Below, one piece after another: positions 50,682 to 64,000 of a stretch of 64,000 nt of DNA. Position 1 is the stretch's first letter. Each line of letters starts with the position of its first letter. Under the pieces are notes generated by a model. It searched no databases. It was not told the DNA's origin and was given only the letters and a program-made list of their open reading frames with translations. Position numbers and translations under genes: made by a program. This DNA is from Lepidodermella squamata (lineage: Eukaryota; Animalia; Gastrotricha). The DNA lies in contig JBLDXI010000009.1 of assembly GCA_047495785.1 (NCBI GenBank), positions 3,348,001 through 3,412,000 of the forward strand. The letters are read 5' to 3'.

Positions 50682-51863
50682 TTTGAAACTCAAAATTTTA
50701 CGCTCTAGAAATAACACAAAAAATCAATAAAACAAGTCACATTTTTCTCCACGTCCTCTTCTTCATTTACTTGTTTTTTTCCGTTAATTATCACAAACTC
50801 TCTGATTTTTTATTCGACGCGTTTCGTAAATTTTACAAAATAGTACACGAACTAACAAGTGTGTGCATGTTCATCAATATAATAATAATATATAATTTTG
50901 TCAATATATATAATATTTTATATCATGCTGCTGTTTTCATTTATACATCATGGTTGCTGTAATGAATGAAGAAAAGCAACTTTCGGTTTCTTTTTTTGTC
51001 AGGCGCAACAATTTTCGCTCGCGATTTGTCAACATATTATCATGGCAAGTTCGAGCGAATTTAAGGCGAAACAGGACCGCTGCTATGACGATAACGATGT
51101 GTATATAAGTTAAAAGCAGTGAGTTAAATTGTTGTTGTCAATGATTAAGAGGCCATCGGTTCAATGAGCTGCAACGATTGCTGAAATCCAGCTTAGCCAA
51201 TAGAAAAAAATAAAACTGAAATTTCGTCGACAAACGCGGACCGACAATCGTTCAACTGCAAAGAATCACGGGCAACTTCAATCGCGAAGAAGTAGAAGAA
51301 GCAAATCGCATCATGCCAATGAGAGAACAGCGCTAGTTAGAAAAAACACAACTATCAAGAGCAATTTTGTGGACAAAAAATGTAAGGTTTTTTATAATTA
51401 TCATTCATTTCTCCGGATAAAAACAATTGAGCTTGATTATCTCGCTATAGATATGTATTCTTTTGTCAAATAGCCCAAGTTCAACTGACGCTCATCGCTC
51501 TAATAAAAATTGCAGATTTAATTTTTTTCATGATTTTATGTAGTCATTCAATCGCAACAAGCCGCGCTCTACAGAGATGAGAGTATGCATAGAGAAATTA
51601 TATAGAAAAAAATAGAGTATGCAAGATGTGTCTAAATTTGTCATGACTCGCCTTAATTAATGGTGGAAAAATAACATGACTAAATTTCAACCCGCGTAAT
51701 ATTAATATTATTATGCGCTATTTAAGGTGGATTTTCTCAAATATTATAATGATGATGATGGAGAGCCGCAGTCAAACTACGGTAAAAATCGTAGCGTAGC
51801 AGTTGAATAGTCAAATTAGATGATTATATGTGTATATTGTATATAATAAGTAGTAGTGACGAG

Positions 51864-54121
51864 CTAGTGGTGAACGGATTGCTTTGGGCGTTTATTCGAG
51901 GCGACGGCAGCGGCGCCCCGCCTGAGCGCTCGGGGCGACGTTTTTCTCAGCTCATTCGGGCTTTTCGAGGGTGTTGTTGTTGCTGTTGTGGGCGACTTCG
52001 CGTTCGGAACCCGCGCATCTTCCTCGACCTTGTCGATTAGCGCGTGCAGATCACCGATAGACATGCGAGCCGCGTCCTCGCTGAGTTTGCGCCATCGATT
52101 CAGGTTCGCGTCGACCGCCGCCAGCGTCGGGTGCGCCGTTGGGAACAGTCGCGTGATTTCGACGAAGATGGGCCGGACGAAGCGTTCCATGAAAAGGCAC
52201 TGGTCTTGGCCGATGTTTTGCACGCTGTTGTGGGCGGACGAGGCGAGCGCGTCCTCCTTAACGCGCTCGGTGTAAATGCCGCGCGCCGCTTTCAAGGAGG
52301 TTAGCCAGTCGCGCGCCGCCGCGCTCAGGTCGCAGGCGCCGATGAAAAGGCTGAGAATGGGGTTGAGGGGGAAGGGCGCCGAGGTGGTGAGGTCGGCGGG
52401 GCGCATCTGCTTGACGGACTGGACGACGCGCGGGTGCGCCACGAGATCTGTCGCGAGAATGATCACCTCGACTAGCCGGTAGAAGTGCGACACGTCACTG
52501 GGCGAGAGACGATCGAGAATTTGAGGGTAGCAGGTCTTGAACAGACCGTAGAACAACGTCAGGTGGTGCACCTCTAACAAGGGCCCGCTGCCGTTGCTGT
52601 TATTGTTATTGTTATTGGTATTACTGGAAGTTTCGGGATTTTGCTTCAGGTGTGTACACGAATACGAGTAGGCCTGCCATACAGAAGTGTGCTGTTTCAC
52701 GTTGAAGGCATTTGTGGTTCCTGGAATCATACAAAAAACAACCTTTATGTCTTTTTCGGTTTCGAAGTATCCATCTTAAAATTAAAACGAGCGATGAAAA
52801 ATAAATTAAGATTTTAAAGCCCATATCTCTCAGTCTCAGAAATCAAAATTGTCAAAAATTTGCAGCCTTTCTATTCTGATTTCTAAGATTGAAAAAGCGT
52901 TTTGTGATTCATTTTTATTTGAAATAAATGTTACCCCTTAAATATTCTAAATAAATATTAAAAAAGAAAACGAGGGCATTCATAAAGCTCCCGATTAAGA
53001 GTCATAATAGGCTCCTCAAGCCATTCCTCGTGTGCATTCCTCATAACGGTCATTAATGCTTCTTCACACAACGATGTGCCCCTATTCATCCATCCGTAAG
53101 TATTGATACCCTTGACGAGCATTGTTCGAAAAAGTCAAGCCATGCCAGCATTTATGCGCCGGCGATAGGCAGCCAATTCGGGTTAAAACACGCTAATGAT
53201 GGCTACGACCCAGAATCCTATTTGCCCCACTAAACTATGATCAATTCATAGCAACGACCTACAAATGCCCAAAAAGACGGCAAAATGACACGCGATTTCA
53301 AAGTAAAGCTAATCGGCTGGGGAAAATTATTTCTCCGCAGGACAAGTCGATATCAATGAAATGCCAAGGGTCAATAGAAAATCTGAATAGAAAGCAATTA
53401 AGAGCCCAATATTACCCATTAATTTTCTACATTTACGCGAAAAGCTACAAAATTGCCCAAAATCAGGCCAAATTCGTTAAAATTTAAAAAAAATCGGAAA
53501 TAAATTGTGTCACAAATGTTAACATTTTCAAAATAAACGCTAATTTTACCAAGAAGAAATAAAAAAATTGCGAATAAAAATATTACCTCTATGATCCATA
53601 TCGTGGCATAGGGCGGCTATGATGAGCGCAAAGACAGGCAGTGGCGAGGCGAAGCGGCGTGCGAGTTCTAACCGGTAGGCGAGGACGCAGGCGTAGTGCG
53701 CGACGGCACTCGCGTGCGCCCAGTTGTGGTAGGCACACTCATCGGGCAGGCGGTACAGCTTTTTGATCGATAATATCAACTTGGCCAGTTCGCGCAAGTC
53801 CAACTGAAGGGTGGCGACGACGCCGAGGTCGCGCAGCGTCTGCAGCACGATGGCCGACGCGTCGGCCGGCGCCGGCGTCGTCCAGCCGAGTGACGAGTCG
53901 AGCGAGGAAGCGGCGAACGACGCGGCACTCGGCGACGAGGCCATCGGAAGCGAGGCTAGCAGCGCGTCCGTTTCGGCCTCGGAAGGCTTCAGTTGCAGCG
54001 CCAGCACCTCCCACAACACTTCGGCCCGGGCGATGAGGGCCTCGCGGGGCAGCTCCGACGACGTGGAAAGCATCGACGTCGACTGCCTCGCCTGGCTGTT
54101 GTGACGGTGGTGGTCGGCCAT
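51864..54121 (-). CDS. Class I cyclic-nucleotide phosphodiesterase, catalytic domain only (463 aa)
   Basis: Exons 53587-54121 and 51864-52720. Motifs: YHNWAHA, AALCHDMDHRGTTN, LEVHH, ILATDL, ACDLS, Q..F. The YHNW and ACDLS motifs resemble the GAF-type PDE clade. Confidence 0.82.
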
Positions 54122-55898
54122 TTAATGACCGAGGTCAAAAAATAACAAAAATTAAAATTCAACACCTATAAAAAAGCAAAATCAACAATCGTTAAAAATC
54201 AAGTTTTTTATAAGGAAAAAATATATGAAAAAGAAACTGGGATGGAAATTAGTCCAGAATCTCATAAAAGAAAACGTCAAATTTTGCACCAAAGCAAGCA
54301 GCTTTCAACAAGAAAAAGAATAGTTCTGAAAAAATCCTCCTTAATCAAGCTGTCATTTTTGTTATAATAATTGGTCGCAAATACCTGAAGGACGAAATAG
54401 AAAGGCGGAATTTGTTAAATCAACACGACTTGTGACGTTTTTTGTTCGCAATGATAAGGTATTTAATCAGAATAAACACTCGGTATCAGAATGTAAATAT
54501 TTAGTTGGCACTTCCTATAGAGCTAGGTTAAAGAATTGATGAGAAGAAAATCTGTCGAGATGAAATATCTGACAAGATTAAGACAAACTCTGCTCAACAA
54601 TTTTTATCGCGCACGTCTTCGAATATATTTACGACTTCAATATAAGAAAATACAAAGAGGATTGAAAATGCACCTGAGATTGATTTGACAAAATAAGATT
54701 CTTCAGGTAGCAAGATTGTCGTGAATAATTGATGCGGAAAAATTATATTATAATAATCCCAGACGCAAAAAATTTCCGCATAAAATGATCGATTCGCCTA
54801 TTTTCTTGCGCTAATTCTATTATACAGTTAGGTACTATAAGATACTATTTAGGCACACGAGTAGTGTTTGCATTTTTCTTTACTCAGCAACGGCGCAGCG
54901 AGAAAGAATCAGGCGCACCTGCATCTGAAGAAAAATCAGCAGTCATGCGAAACGGCGCTATTGAGTTTCATTCATTGAAATGAATACAAAACACGCAAAA
55001 ATCTTGAAAGCAAGAGACAGAAAACGGCGAAGACGACGACAACGACTAAGAAGAAGGCCGAAAGCGCTAAAAAGCAGCGGCAGCAGCAGCAAGTGCGTGG
55101 TTCGAATTAATTTTATGACAACTACACACGGAAGACGTTAGGGAAAGAAAAGAAAGGGAACTCGTAGTTTTATGGCTTTAGTGCCAAATCGGGGCCAATA
55201 AGCTGCCGGCTCAAGAAGTTGATTAATTCCCATGTTTACAAAACATTCCTCGGCCGGGTTAATTATACCCAAATATTTAGGCATCAAAACAAAGCGCTCA
55301 GCACGGATTGCTGGGAAAAATAATAACAATTTAATTTCGCAATGTTTGACGCCTTTATTTAATACTTTTCCTATGAATATACTGAGGGCGAAAGTGTTTT
55401 ATATATCGCCAAGAGGATACGGCTGAAAACCTATTTTCAAGAAGCGATGGTATTGCCAAACGAAACAGCGTGCCGTTCGTTTATTATTATGATTATTTCA
55501 TTATAGACTAGCGGTAACTCTAGGAAGCGGACAGGAAGCGATTCGAATAAAGAAATCGAAGTTTAGCTCACAGGCAGGCCATGTGCTCATCCCCTGAGGA
55601 ATTCTATATATATGTATAATAAAAATAACCTCAGCGAAAAAATGCGCGCGCGCGTAACCAAGCTCGTAAAAACGACCCGTCATTTTTCATAAATAGTAAA
55701 AATTGTTAGCGATACATCGTACAAAATAAGCACAGCGTGAGATCGCGCGAATTACTACCGAGCGTGTTTACATTTTTATTCCATTTTTTTCCGTTTCAGC
55801 TTCTGATTCCGACAGCGTCTTTGATGCAGATAGAAAAAAGCGACTATTGAATCGTCGTTTCGTTACTTTTTCGTCGTCTTCTCCATAGCAGTAAGCAC

Positions 55899-58800
55899 TC
55901 ACGGGCGCGTCGATAGCGACGATTGGGAGGACGACGACGGCAGCGAGCCGTAGAGAGCTCTGGCGATGAAAAGTGCCGTGTCTTCCGACTGCCTGAATTC
56001 ATTCAAGAGACAAAACGAAATGAGATGGGCTTAATTGCATTATCACAAAACGCATTTTCCACTGCTGGTGATATGTGTGTACACGCGACGTGTTTTGAAT
56101 GCCGCATCTGAAAAGCTGGCCGGGCTTTCAAGTGTCGGGGTGAGAGATCGCGACTAGACGGCGATATAATGTAAAAAACATATGCACAAACACACGACCA
56201 AGCAAGAAGTAATGCGGCGAAAATTGGTCCAATATATCTATTTCGCGCGCCACGCCTCTCAAAGAGGCCGTTTTCTTGAGTACCTTGTTTAGAACACCGG
56301 TTGTGGCTAAAATGCATGCGTGATTGTGAATAGAAAAACGGAGGGACAAAATCGTGACCCAGAGGCGTTTCCGGTGAGGAAATTGAACCCACACCCCTCT
56401 AAAAACGACTTCTCCTAACGCAAAACGGGTCTTGAATTCAAGTGACTTCTACATGTAAAAATAGGCGGAAAACAGACAGCCACGCCCTCATAACCTAATC
56501 AAAAATTATTTCTCCTAAGCGACAAGCCAAATTTAAGGTACAAAAAAATTAACCAGTAAATTTAATTATAGACGTTCCTGAAATCGATAAACAAATCGGA
56601 CAATAAGAAATGCCCCATAGAAAAATCTCTGGATACTTACAATTTAATCACTGTTGAAACACGCAATAATTCATTGACGCAATATTCGGTCATTTCACCG
56701 TAGGAGAAAATCTCTTTGAGGAATAAAAGACGTAAAAGCTATCAATCATCATATAAACATAAATAAAAATCAAACGGATGCCAAGATAATGTATGTCTAG
56801 CTCAATGAAAGGCCCCATGTCTGAAATTTTGATCGCGTTTTCGAGTTTCATTACAGCAAAAATATTTGGAACAACCCCATGAGATGCGAATGAAGTAAAC
56901 AAGGAGCACCAGGTCCTTAGGGCAAAAATTTATTAGAAATTACGAAAAGGTAACCGGAAAGGCAGGCCAGCGCTAAATGCGCATTCGATTTTTGCCGCGC
57001 GCGTGTGTGTGAATGATGGTTACCTAGTGTCGTAGGAAACAACCTACCAATAGCACAGGTGAGAAGCTATCGAGAACAGATACGGGTTGACAACTTCTAG
57101 CGGGTGTTCCTGCAGGGCGTAATCGATGCGGTGCGAGCCATTTAACGCGCCGTAGTCGTAAATAATTGACGCCCCGTCGCAATTCGATTGCTGCTGCTGC
57201 TGTTGTTGCGCAGCTAGTTGAATCGCGTCTTCCTGCTGCTGTAAGAATGAAGGCGACGCTGTCATGTCGGCATCCGCCGGCGTGCCGGAAACCAATTCAC
57301 CCACGGCCGCCTGATCGACAGCGGCCAGATTATACGAGCTCGAGAACGTGCGAGTTCGCTTGAAAAACCCGGCCATCGATTGAAAAGACCCAACGACTCG
57401 CCGTCGGATATCATCGCCGATTTTCGTCACTACGTCTTTGACCTCGAGATGGAACCGTTTCCGGCCACGGTGGTGTGGCATCATAAACGGCGGCGGGGGC
57501 ATGGCGGCTGAATCACCCGATATTTGTTGAATCAACGGCTCGATCCGATAAGCCACCACGTCAAATGGGTGGAATATATTAAATAATTGTTTGCACGATG
57601 GCAGCGAATAATTGTGCGGAATTTCAGTCACACCAGCTACCGATAGAAACATTGCAAGAGGCGATCCCAATGCAAAGAACACATGGGGCTCAAACAGCAG
57701 CTTTGTCTCGCTATGTAAATGGCACGGGCCCAACGGCATCGCTGGAGAGGCGGCTTTAGAATAAAGTCATTACCTCAAAGCTAGTTATAAAAATGAGGTT
57801 GTTTACAGTTCGATGAAGCGGATTGCTGATTCGCCAGAATATCGTACACAATAACGGAGCCTAGACTGTGGCCGATTAGTGAGACGCGGCCGTCGAAAGA
57901 CGGGTGTTTCGATTTAAACAGGGCATACACGCGATTTATTTCGGCCACGACGTTTTCTATTATCGCCTTGATTAAAAATCGATAAGAGGCAAAAAATAAT
58001 ATGGCTTCTCCGCAATAGCTGAAACATACTTGATGGTACACTGCGCTGCTGAATAAAAGTACGTCGAGTAATGTATCGTTGACAAAGCTTCTGATTTTCT
58101 CAATCGACTCGAGGCTAATTCGATTTAGCCGTTCGATCAACTGCCTGTCGTGAATTGAATCGTGCCATTGGATCGGCAGAATTTCTATTGCACCGCCCAC
58201 GTGTCCCGGCTCGCTCCCACTCATTGAATTAGAATGCTCGCTCTTCTGCAGCGGCGATGGCGGTTCTTGTTGCTGCTGCTGCGAGGTACATGGCGCAGTA
58301 GAAGCGTTGTGCTCACTACATAAGCGATTAACTAACTGGCGCATGTCGTTGACGCAATCCGGAAGAGTGCGAAATCGCAAATCGCAAACTCCTCCGATAC
58401 CATGAACTACAAGAACTAAATGGTCAAATGAATCGGGTTCGCTTTGAGGTAGAGCAGCGTAAAATTCAGGAGGGAAACCACGCTTCAAAGTACTAAAACG
58501 ATAAACTCAACTTAACTGGCATTCGAACTTATCTGAAGTAAACTCACGTTCCGGATACCAGAGGAGTGAGTATGACGTGTTCTGCTTTAGCAATCTCCGA
58601 TTGCTCGGAGAGATCAAGAGTACGTCCGGTTTCGTCAACAGCAAACACTCTAATAACAGATATGTCTTCCATAATAACTCGACCAATAGAAGCAAGATCA
58701 AGGCTGACGGGCCATGCGTTAGCTGCCGCCGCATTCATGAATGCCGTTTCAAGGCTTGAAACATGAATTCTCATGAGTCAATCTTATCACGACCTTAAAG

Positions 58801-59126
58801 ACTTACATATCACAATCTTCACTTTTCAATGGAGAAATGCTTTGGGAGCTCCCTGGAGGTGATGCGTACCACCAACTACGTCGAAGACTTATTTTAGTAC
58901 TACTCGACCAGTAAATCGGCGCTGCAGTCATTGTAGATAAATCTGCTTGAAATCTACACCCGAGTATATCAGCAGAGCGACTACCACTCTGGAATGCAGT
59001 TTCCAACTTTGCACTGTCATTCACCGTCAGAGGAGCCCAGGTGTCATCGCTGTTAACAGCTTGAAACCAGTGGGGCGATATGATTTCGGCTTCCCGAGAA
59101 TCATAGGAAGCTTCTGTATCCATCAT
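55899..59126 (-). CDS. DDHD-domain phospholipase A1 (SEC23IP/DDHD2-like)
   Basis: WWE-like N-terminus, HLVLVVHGIG, lipase GHSLG, FFALGSP, NIFHPFDVVAYRIEPLI, RIDY. The final exon (55899-55992) completes SHLCYWQSEDTALFIARALY. Confidence 0.9.
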
Positions 59127-60056
59127 TTATCAAAATTCTATGGTCAAGTAATATCAACAAGATAGGAGGCGAGGAGAAAACATATTTTATCAAGAATGAG
59201 AGGAGGTCTTAGTCTTAGTCTTAGGTAGTACTCCCGTTTAATTCGAGGTTCTGTCAGATGTCAGGAATGGTAAGAAGGCCGCATAGAACTGACAGGTTTA
59301 TTTTCATATCATTTCTTCAATAATATCAACGCTTAGTCATTGTTTCTCTTACATCAGTAAATCTTCAGAACTTTTACTAACAATAACATCCTCAAGGGAT
59401 TAACCCCAGATGTGAAAGGTAACAGGTAACAGGTAAAGTGTGACAGGTGAAGTTCTCAATCGAATATAACAACTTCAGCAACAACTTTGACCTGACCTTT
59501 AATCGAAAAGGCATGCGAAAAGGTGATAAAAAGAAGCCGAGTCGATTTGACCTTTCAGGAGTAGGGCGTGAGGCGTTTTCTTAATTGAACGATCTATGGT
59601 CTTGCTGCAGCACTACAGAGTAAAATCTAATTTTGAACAACGAGCCGCAGGTCGTGACTTGTGCCTTGTGCCTCCTTTGCGGCTATGGCATCGGCTAAGG
59701 CGATGCCGAACAGCAGCAGAACGCGTTCCTCTGGCCGTCGACACAGGTGTGCAAGGCAAGGTCAAGGGCATACGGTGACACTTTTTTCAAAAAATAGTCG
59801 AAAGAAAATTACATTTTATGAATAGCGCTGTTGAAAGGTTTCAACAACTTTATGAATTTAATTAATTGCAGTTTTATTTATCATACGTGAAAATGAAAAA
59901 ATGGCCATAAAAATACGTTTCTTGCTTTTCATCTGCTAGGCTGCTCATTCAAGCGCGTTATTTTCAGCGAATCCATGTTAGCAACGAGTTAAAACCGACT
60001 TCAGTGGACAGTTGTTTTCCTCCATTTTAACTCCAAATTTCGCTTCTCGAACAGTT

Positions 60057-60800
60057 ATGGCTATACTTTTTTCAGTGGTTGCCCGTGGCACCACTATTCT
60101 GGCTAAGCATGCCAGCTGCTATGGAAATTTTACTGAGGTTGTCGAACAAGTTTTCACTAAATTGTCTCCTGAGAATGGCGAGCTGATCTACCAATTTCAA
60201 AACTACTACTTGCCCTACATCTGTGAGGACAAAATCGTTTTCTTGGCTATCATCGATGCAGATTTTGACCATGGTTTGGCTTTTCAGTTCCTACGTGACA
60301 TCAAACAGCGTTTTCAGTCAACTTATGGTGCTCGTGCACAAACCGCTCTTCCCTACGCGATGCAGCCAGAATTTTGTCGCATTCTTGAGGCTCAAATGAA
60401 CTACTTTTCTGTTCAGCGTCGCCAATCTGTTCTTGTCAGTGATCATTCAGAAACTCCCTCTGTCGACGTCAATCAACGCGCTGCCTTAATGGGGTCGAGT
60501 AAGAAGGACAAAGTCGAAAAGTTGCGTTCACAAGTCAATGAGGTTCAGCAAGTTATGGTGCGGAATATCGATACAGTTATCGATAGAGGGGAGCGCTTAG
60601 ACTTGCTGGTAAACCGAAGTGAAGAGCTGGAAAATACATCTCTCATCTACCGTAGAAGTGCAGAGCATGTCAGGAGGAAGATGTGGTGGAAAAATGTCAA
60701 AATGTGGATTATTCTAATCCTTGTCATCGCAGCAGTTCTTGCGTTAATTGTTACCTTGACATGCATTTCCACTGCAGGTCACTGTGGAGTAAGCAAATGA
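60057..60800 (+). CDS. VAMP7: Vesicle-associated membrane protein 7 (longin R-SNARE), intronless CDS
   Basis: MAILFSVVARGTTILAKHA longin start, AQTALPYAM, SNARE motif MVRNIDTVIDRGERLDLLV, MWWKN, and a C-terminal TM helix. Confidence 0.95.
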   Translation: MAILFSVVARGTTILAKHASCYGNFTEVVEQVFTKLSPENGELIYQFQNYYLPYICEDKIVFLAIIDADFDHGLAFQFLRDIKQRFQSTYGARAQTALPYAMQPEFCRILEAQMNYFSVQRRQSVLVSDHSETPSVDVNQRAALMGSSKKDKVEKLRSQVNEVQQVMVRNIDTVIDRGERLDLLVNRSEELENTSLIYRRSAEHVRRKMWWKNVKMWIILILVIAAVLALIVTLTCISTAGHCGVSK

Positions 60801-61141
60801 ACCATCCAACCAGCATAATCCTGTTATCACACCTGTGTCATCCAATACTGCTGTCATAAGTGAAACTGTACAAATTACGAACACCAAATTTTTAATACTA
60901 TGATCGACCTGGAGGTTTTATATCGCCTGCAATTCTCACAGAGACTTTTATTATCACTTACGCTTGTATCGGTCGCTAAATTAAGGCATTATGAACCAAA
61001 AATTTTAAATATCTATGACGGTGGAAGTCTTATTTCTAATTTGCAATTTTAAATCAATTGTTGATAAAAATTGTGTAAAGCAAGTGTTTTTTGCCTCTTA
61101 GTGCTTTTTACCTGTGATATCAACTATTCCACGTGCCTAAA

Positions 61142-63491
61142 ATGTCTCCCCCAATGATGATGGCTCCTCAAATCATTCTGTTGAAGGAAGGTACCGATAC
61201 CTCCCAAGGTAAGCCTCAAGTTGTCAGCAACATCAACGCTTGCCAAGCCGTGGTTGACGCTGTTCGCTCAACCCTCGGCCCTCGTGGTATGGACAAGATG
61301 ATCGTCGACGAGCAAGGCCGCGCCACAATCTCAAACGACGGTGCTACTATCATGAAGCTGCTCGACGTCGTCCACCCGGCCGCGAAAATGCTAGTCGACA
61401 TCGCCAAGGCTCAAGATGCCGAAGTCGGTGATGGCACAACCTCTGTGGTCTTGCTTGCCGGCGAATTCCTCCGCCTCATCAAGCCCTACATTGAGGAGGG
61501 CATTCATCCTCACATCATCACTCGCGCGGTCCGCAAGGCAACTGAAATGGCTGTCAAGCGTATTCGCGAGATTGCCGTCGTTATCGACAAGGCTGACAAG
61601 GCGTAAGTTTGACATCTTGAAATGTCAGATAATACAATTCTGTACTCTAATATTTATTTGATTTTACAATTTTGTTGGTGTAATTTGATTTTCATCTGCT
61701 GGATTTCGAATTGATTTTCCTCCTAAGTGAATTTATTGATGCTAGAAGAAACCAGGCGTGTAAAATTTTTAGACGAGACTAAATTGATGGATACTTCAAG
61801 TGCTACGAATTACGATTCGAACAGCTGGCTAATATACAGATAAACAAATTGAGAAGGAGGAATACCCAGAATGTTCTAAGCTTCAAAGATAGCCTGAGTG
61901 AAAAACAATTCTTGATTTTGTTTTACAGTGAGCAGCGTCGTCTTTTGGAGAAATGTGCCGCGACTTCGCTGAACAGCAAGTTGGTCGCTCACTCGAAAGA
62001 GTTCTTCGCGAAAATGGTCGTCGACGCCGTTTCTCACCTTGACGATCTGCTGCCCCTTGACATGATCGCCATGAAGAAAGTCGCTGGCGGCGCTCTTGAA
62101 GACTCGATCCTCGTATCTGGTGTCGCTTTCAAGAAGACCTTCAGCTACGCCGGTTTCGAGATGCAGCCGAAGAAGTACAAGGACGCGACCATCGCCCTGT
62201 TGAACATTGAGCTGGAGCTCAAGTCTGAGAAGGAAAACGCCGAGGTGCGCCTGAAGTCGGTCGACGAGTACAAGGCCGTTGTCGACGCTGAGTGGCGCAT
62301 TTTGTACGAGAAGCTCGAGGCACTGCACAAGGCCGGCGTCACCGTTGTGCTGTCGAAGCTGCCCATCGGCGATGTTGCCACGCAGTGGTTCGCCGACCGT
62401 GACATGTTCTGCGCTGGCCGCGTTCCGGAGGACGATCTGCGCCGTGCCATGAAGGCTTGCGGTGGTTCGATCCAGACGTCGGTGTCAAATCTGACCAAGG
62501 ACTTGCTCGGCCATTGCGACGTGTTCGAGGAGCGTCAAATCGGCGGTGAGCGTTTCAACATTTTCACCGGCTGCCCGCACGCCAAGACGTGCACGTTGAT
62601 TCTGCGCGGCGGTGCCGAGCAGTTCATTGAGGAGGCTGAGCGGTCGCTGCACGATGCCATCATGATTGTGCGCCGCATGCGCAAGAACGACGCCGTTGTT
62701 GCTGGCGGTGGCGCTGTTGAGATGGAACTGTCGCGCTTCCTGCGCGACTATGCTCTGTCCATTGCAGGTAAATTATTACGATTTATGAGACCTATCAAGG
62801 AAACTTGAATATTGAGAGCGAGTGAGAATTCGGTATTTATTTAAAATTCTCGAGGTTAATTGAATAGTTAACCAGGCGGAGTCCAATTTTGACCGTTGAG
62901 ACAACTCAATTAATTCGTCGGTGTAAAAAGATAATTTTTTGGTTTTTTGATTTTCCGATCCAATTTCCGCATTTCGTTTGAATTTCGAAGTTTTGTCTTT
63001 TGGATTCAATTTGATCTCAAAATCGACGTACTTATTTTCTAATTTTTCCAATTTTCCCAATAAATTTGACAACTGCACTTCATAAAAAATTTGAAATCTT
63101 GATGAATACTTTTTTTTAATTTAATTTTTCTAACCATGCCAATTTTTTATATTTAGGTAAAGAGCAGCTGTTGATTCTGGCCTTCGCCCGTGCTTTGGAA
63201 GTCATTCCGCGCCAACTGAGCGACAACGCTGGTTTCGACGCGACCAACATGCTGAACAAGCTGCGCCAGAAGCACTCAGCCGCCGGCGGTATGTGGTTTG
63301 GCGTTGATGTTGCCAGCGAGTCGATCGCCGACAACTTCGAGCGCTGCGTCTGGGAACCGGCCGTTGTCAAGATCAACGCGCTGCAGTCGGCCTCCGAGGC
63401 CGCTTGCCTTATTCTCAGTGTCGACGAGACTGTCAAGGCGCCGAAGGCTCACAACCCGTCCGACCAGGCTCGCGGTCGCATGGGCTTCTAA
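61142..63491 (+). CDS. CCT7: T-complex protein 1 subunit eta
   Basis: Three exons. Motifs: [78 protein letters not shown]. Confidence 0.97.
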
Positions 63492-64000
63492 GAAGCTGCA
63501 AACGTGGCAATAGGTAACAGCACTAGTGATCCATTCAACCATCCCCATGACTGCTGCTGATAATTATGAGACTGTGATTCCCGAAAACAAAGGATCGAAA
63601 AACTTGTAGTCTTTTGCTTATTATGTCTGCAGTGTGTTACAAAAACCTGTGTTTATTGCTGGTATAAAACAAAAATTTACGTTTAAGCAAAAAAAAAATC
63701 ACGCGCACGCGTTGCATGAAGTGAGGAATAAGTACGTGTATGTGGATGCAATCTTATATTGAGAACGTGGAAACGTTTCGAATAAAACGGCGCACCAATG
63801 TTTTGAATTGCGTTTTTTCCAAATTCCAATCCGAGACATTAAGAAAAGCTAAAAAAAACAGAACCGGCCACCAAGCAAATTTCAGGTTTCGGTTTACTTT
63901 GTTCCCGTCGTTTTCATGTTTAGTTACGTGCATCTTACAGTTTGTTCAGTTACTTCAAATCTCTTGGTAGAAATAAATGCAAAAATATTCATGGTTCATG

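Overview
This is a gene-dense invertebrate animal (bilaterian-type) genomic window with short AT-rich GT-AG introns, typically about 50-60 bp. I cannot name the species from the sequence alone. All gene models were spliced by hand. Left to right: (1) a tandem array of three small, secreted TGF-beta-like cystine-knot ligands with little or no prodomain, one of them split by a 2.85-kb PIF/Harbinger transposon (27-bp perfect TIRs, TTA TSD); (2) a divergent FGF8/17/18-like gene with an N-terminal hydrophobic anchor and a furin site; (3) an alpha-1-adrenergic-like GPCR with a predicted ~670-aa tail and two tandem D1-like amine receptors; (4) STK32, FANK1, CNNM and a sideroflexin; (5) an orphan 7-exon gene; (6) NHP2, a C-terminally truncated POT1, a catalytic-domain-only PDE, a DDHD/SEC23IP phospholipase, VAMP7 and CCT7. 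The most striking hidden signal is in the orphan gene: splicing out a 51-bp intron assembles a perfect 2A/StopGo ribosome-skipping motif (LLQLCGD|IESNPGP). This predicts a cellular two-protein polyprotein whose 2A cannot be seen in unspliced ORFs, and retention of that intron would stop translation at almost the same point. Decayed copies of the downstream product appear to lie nearby.
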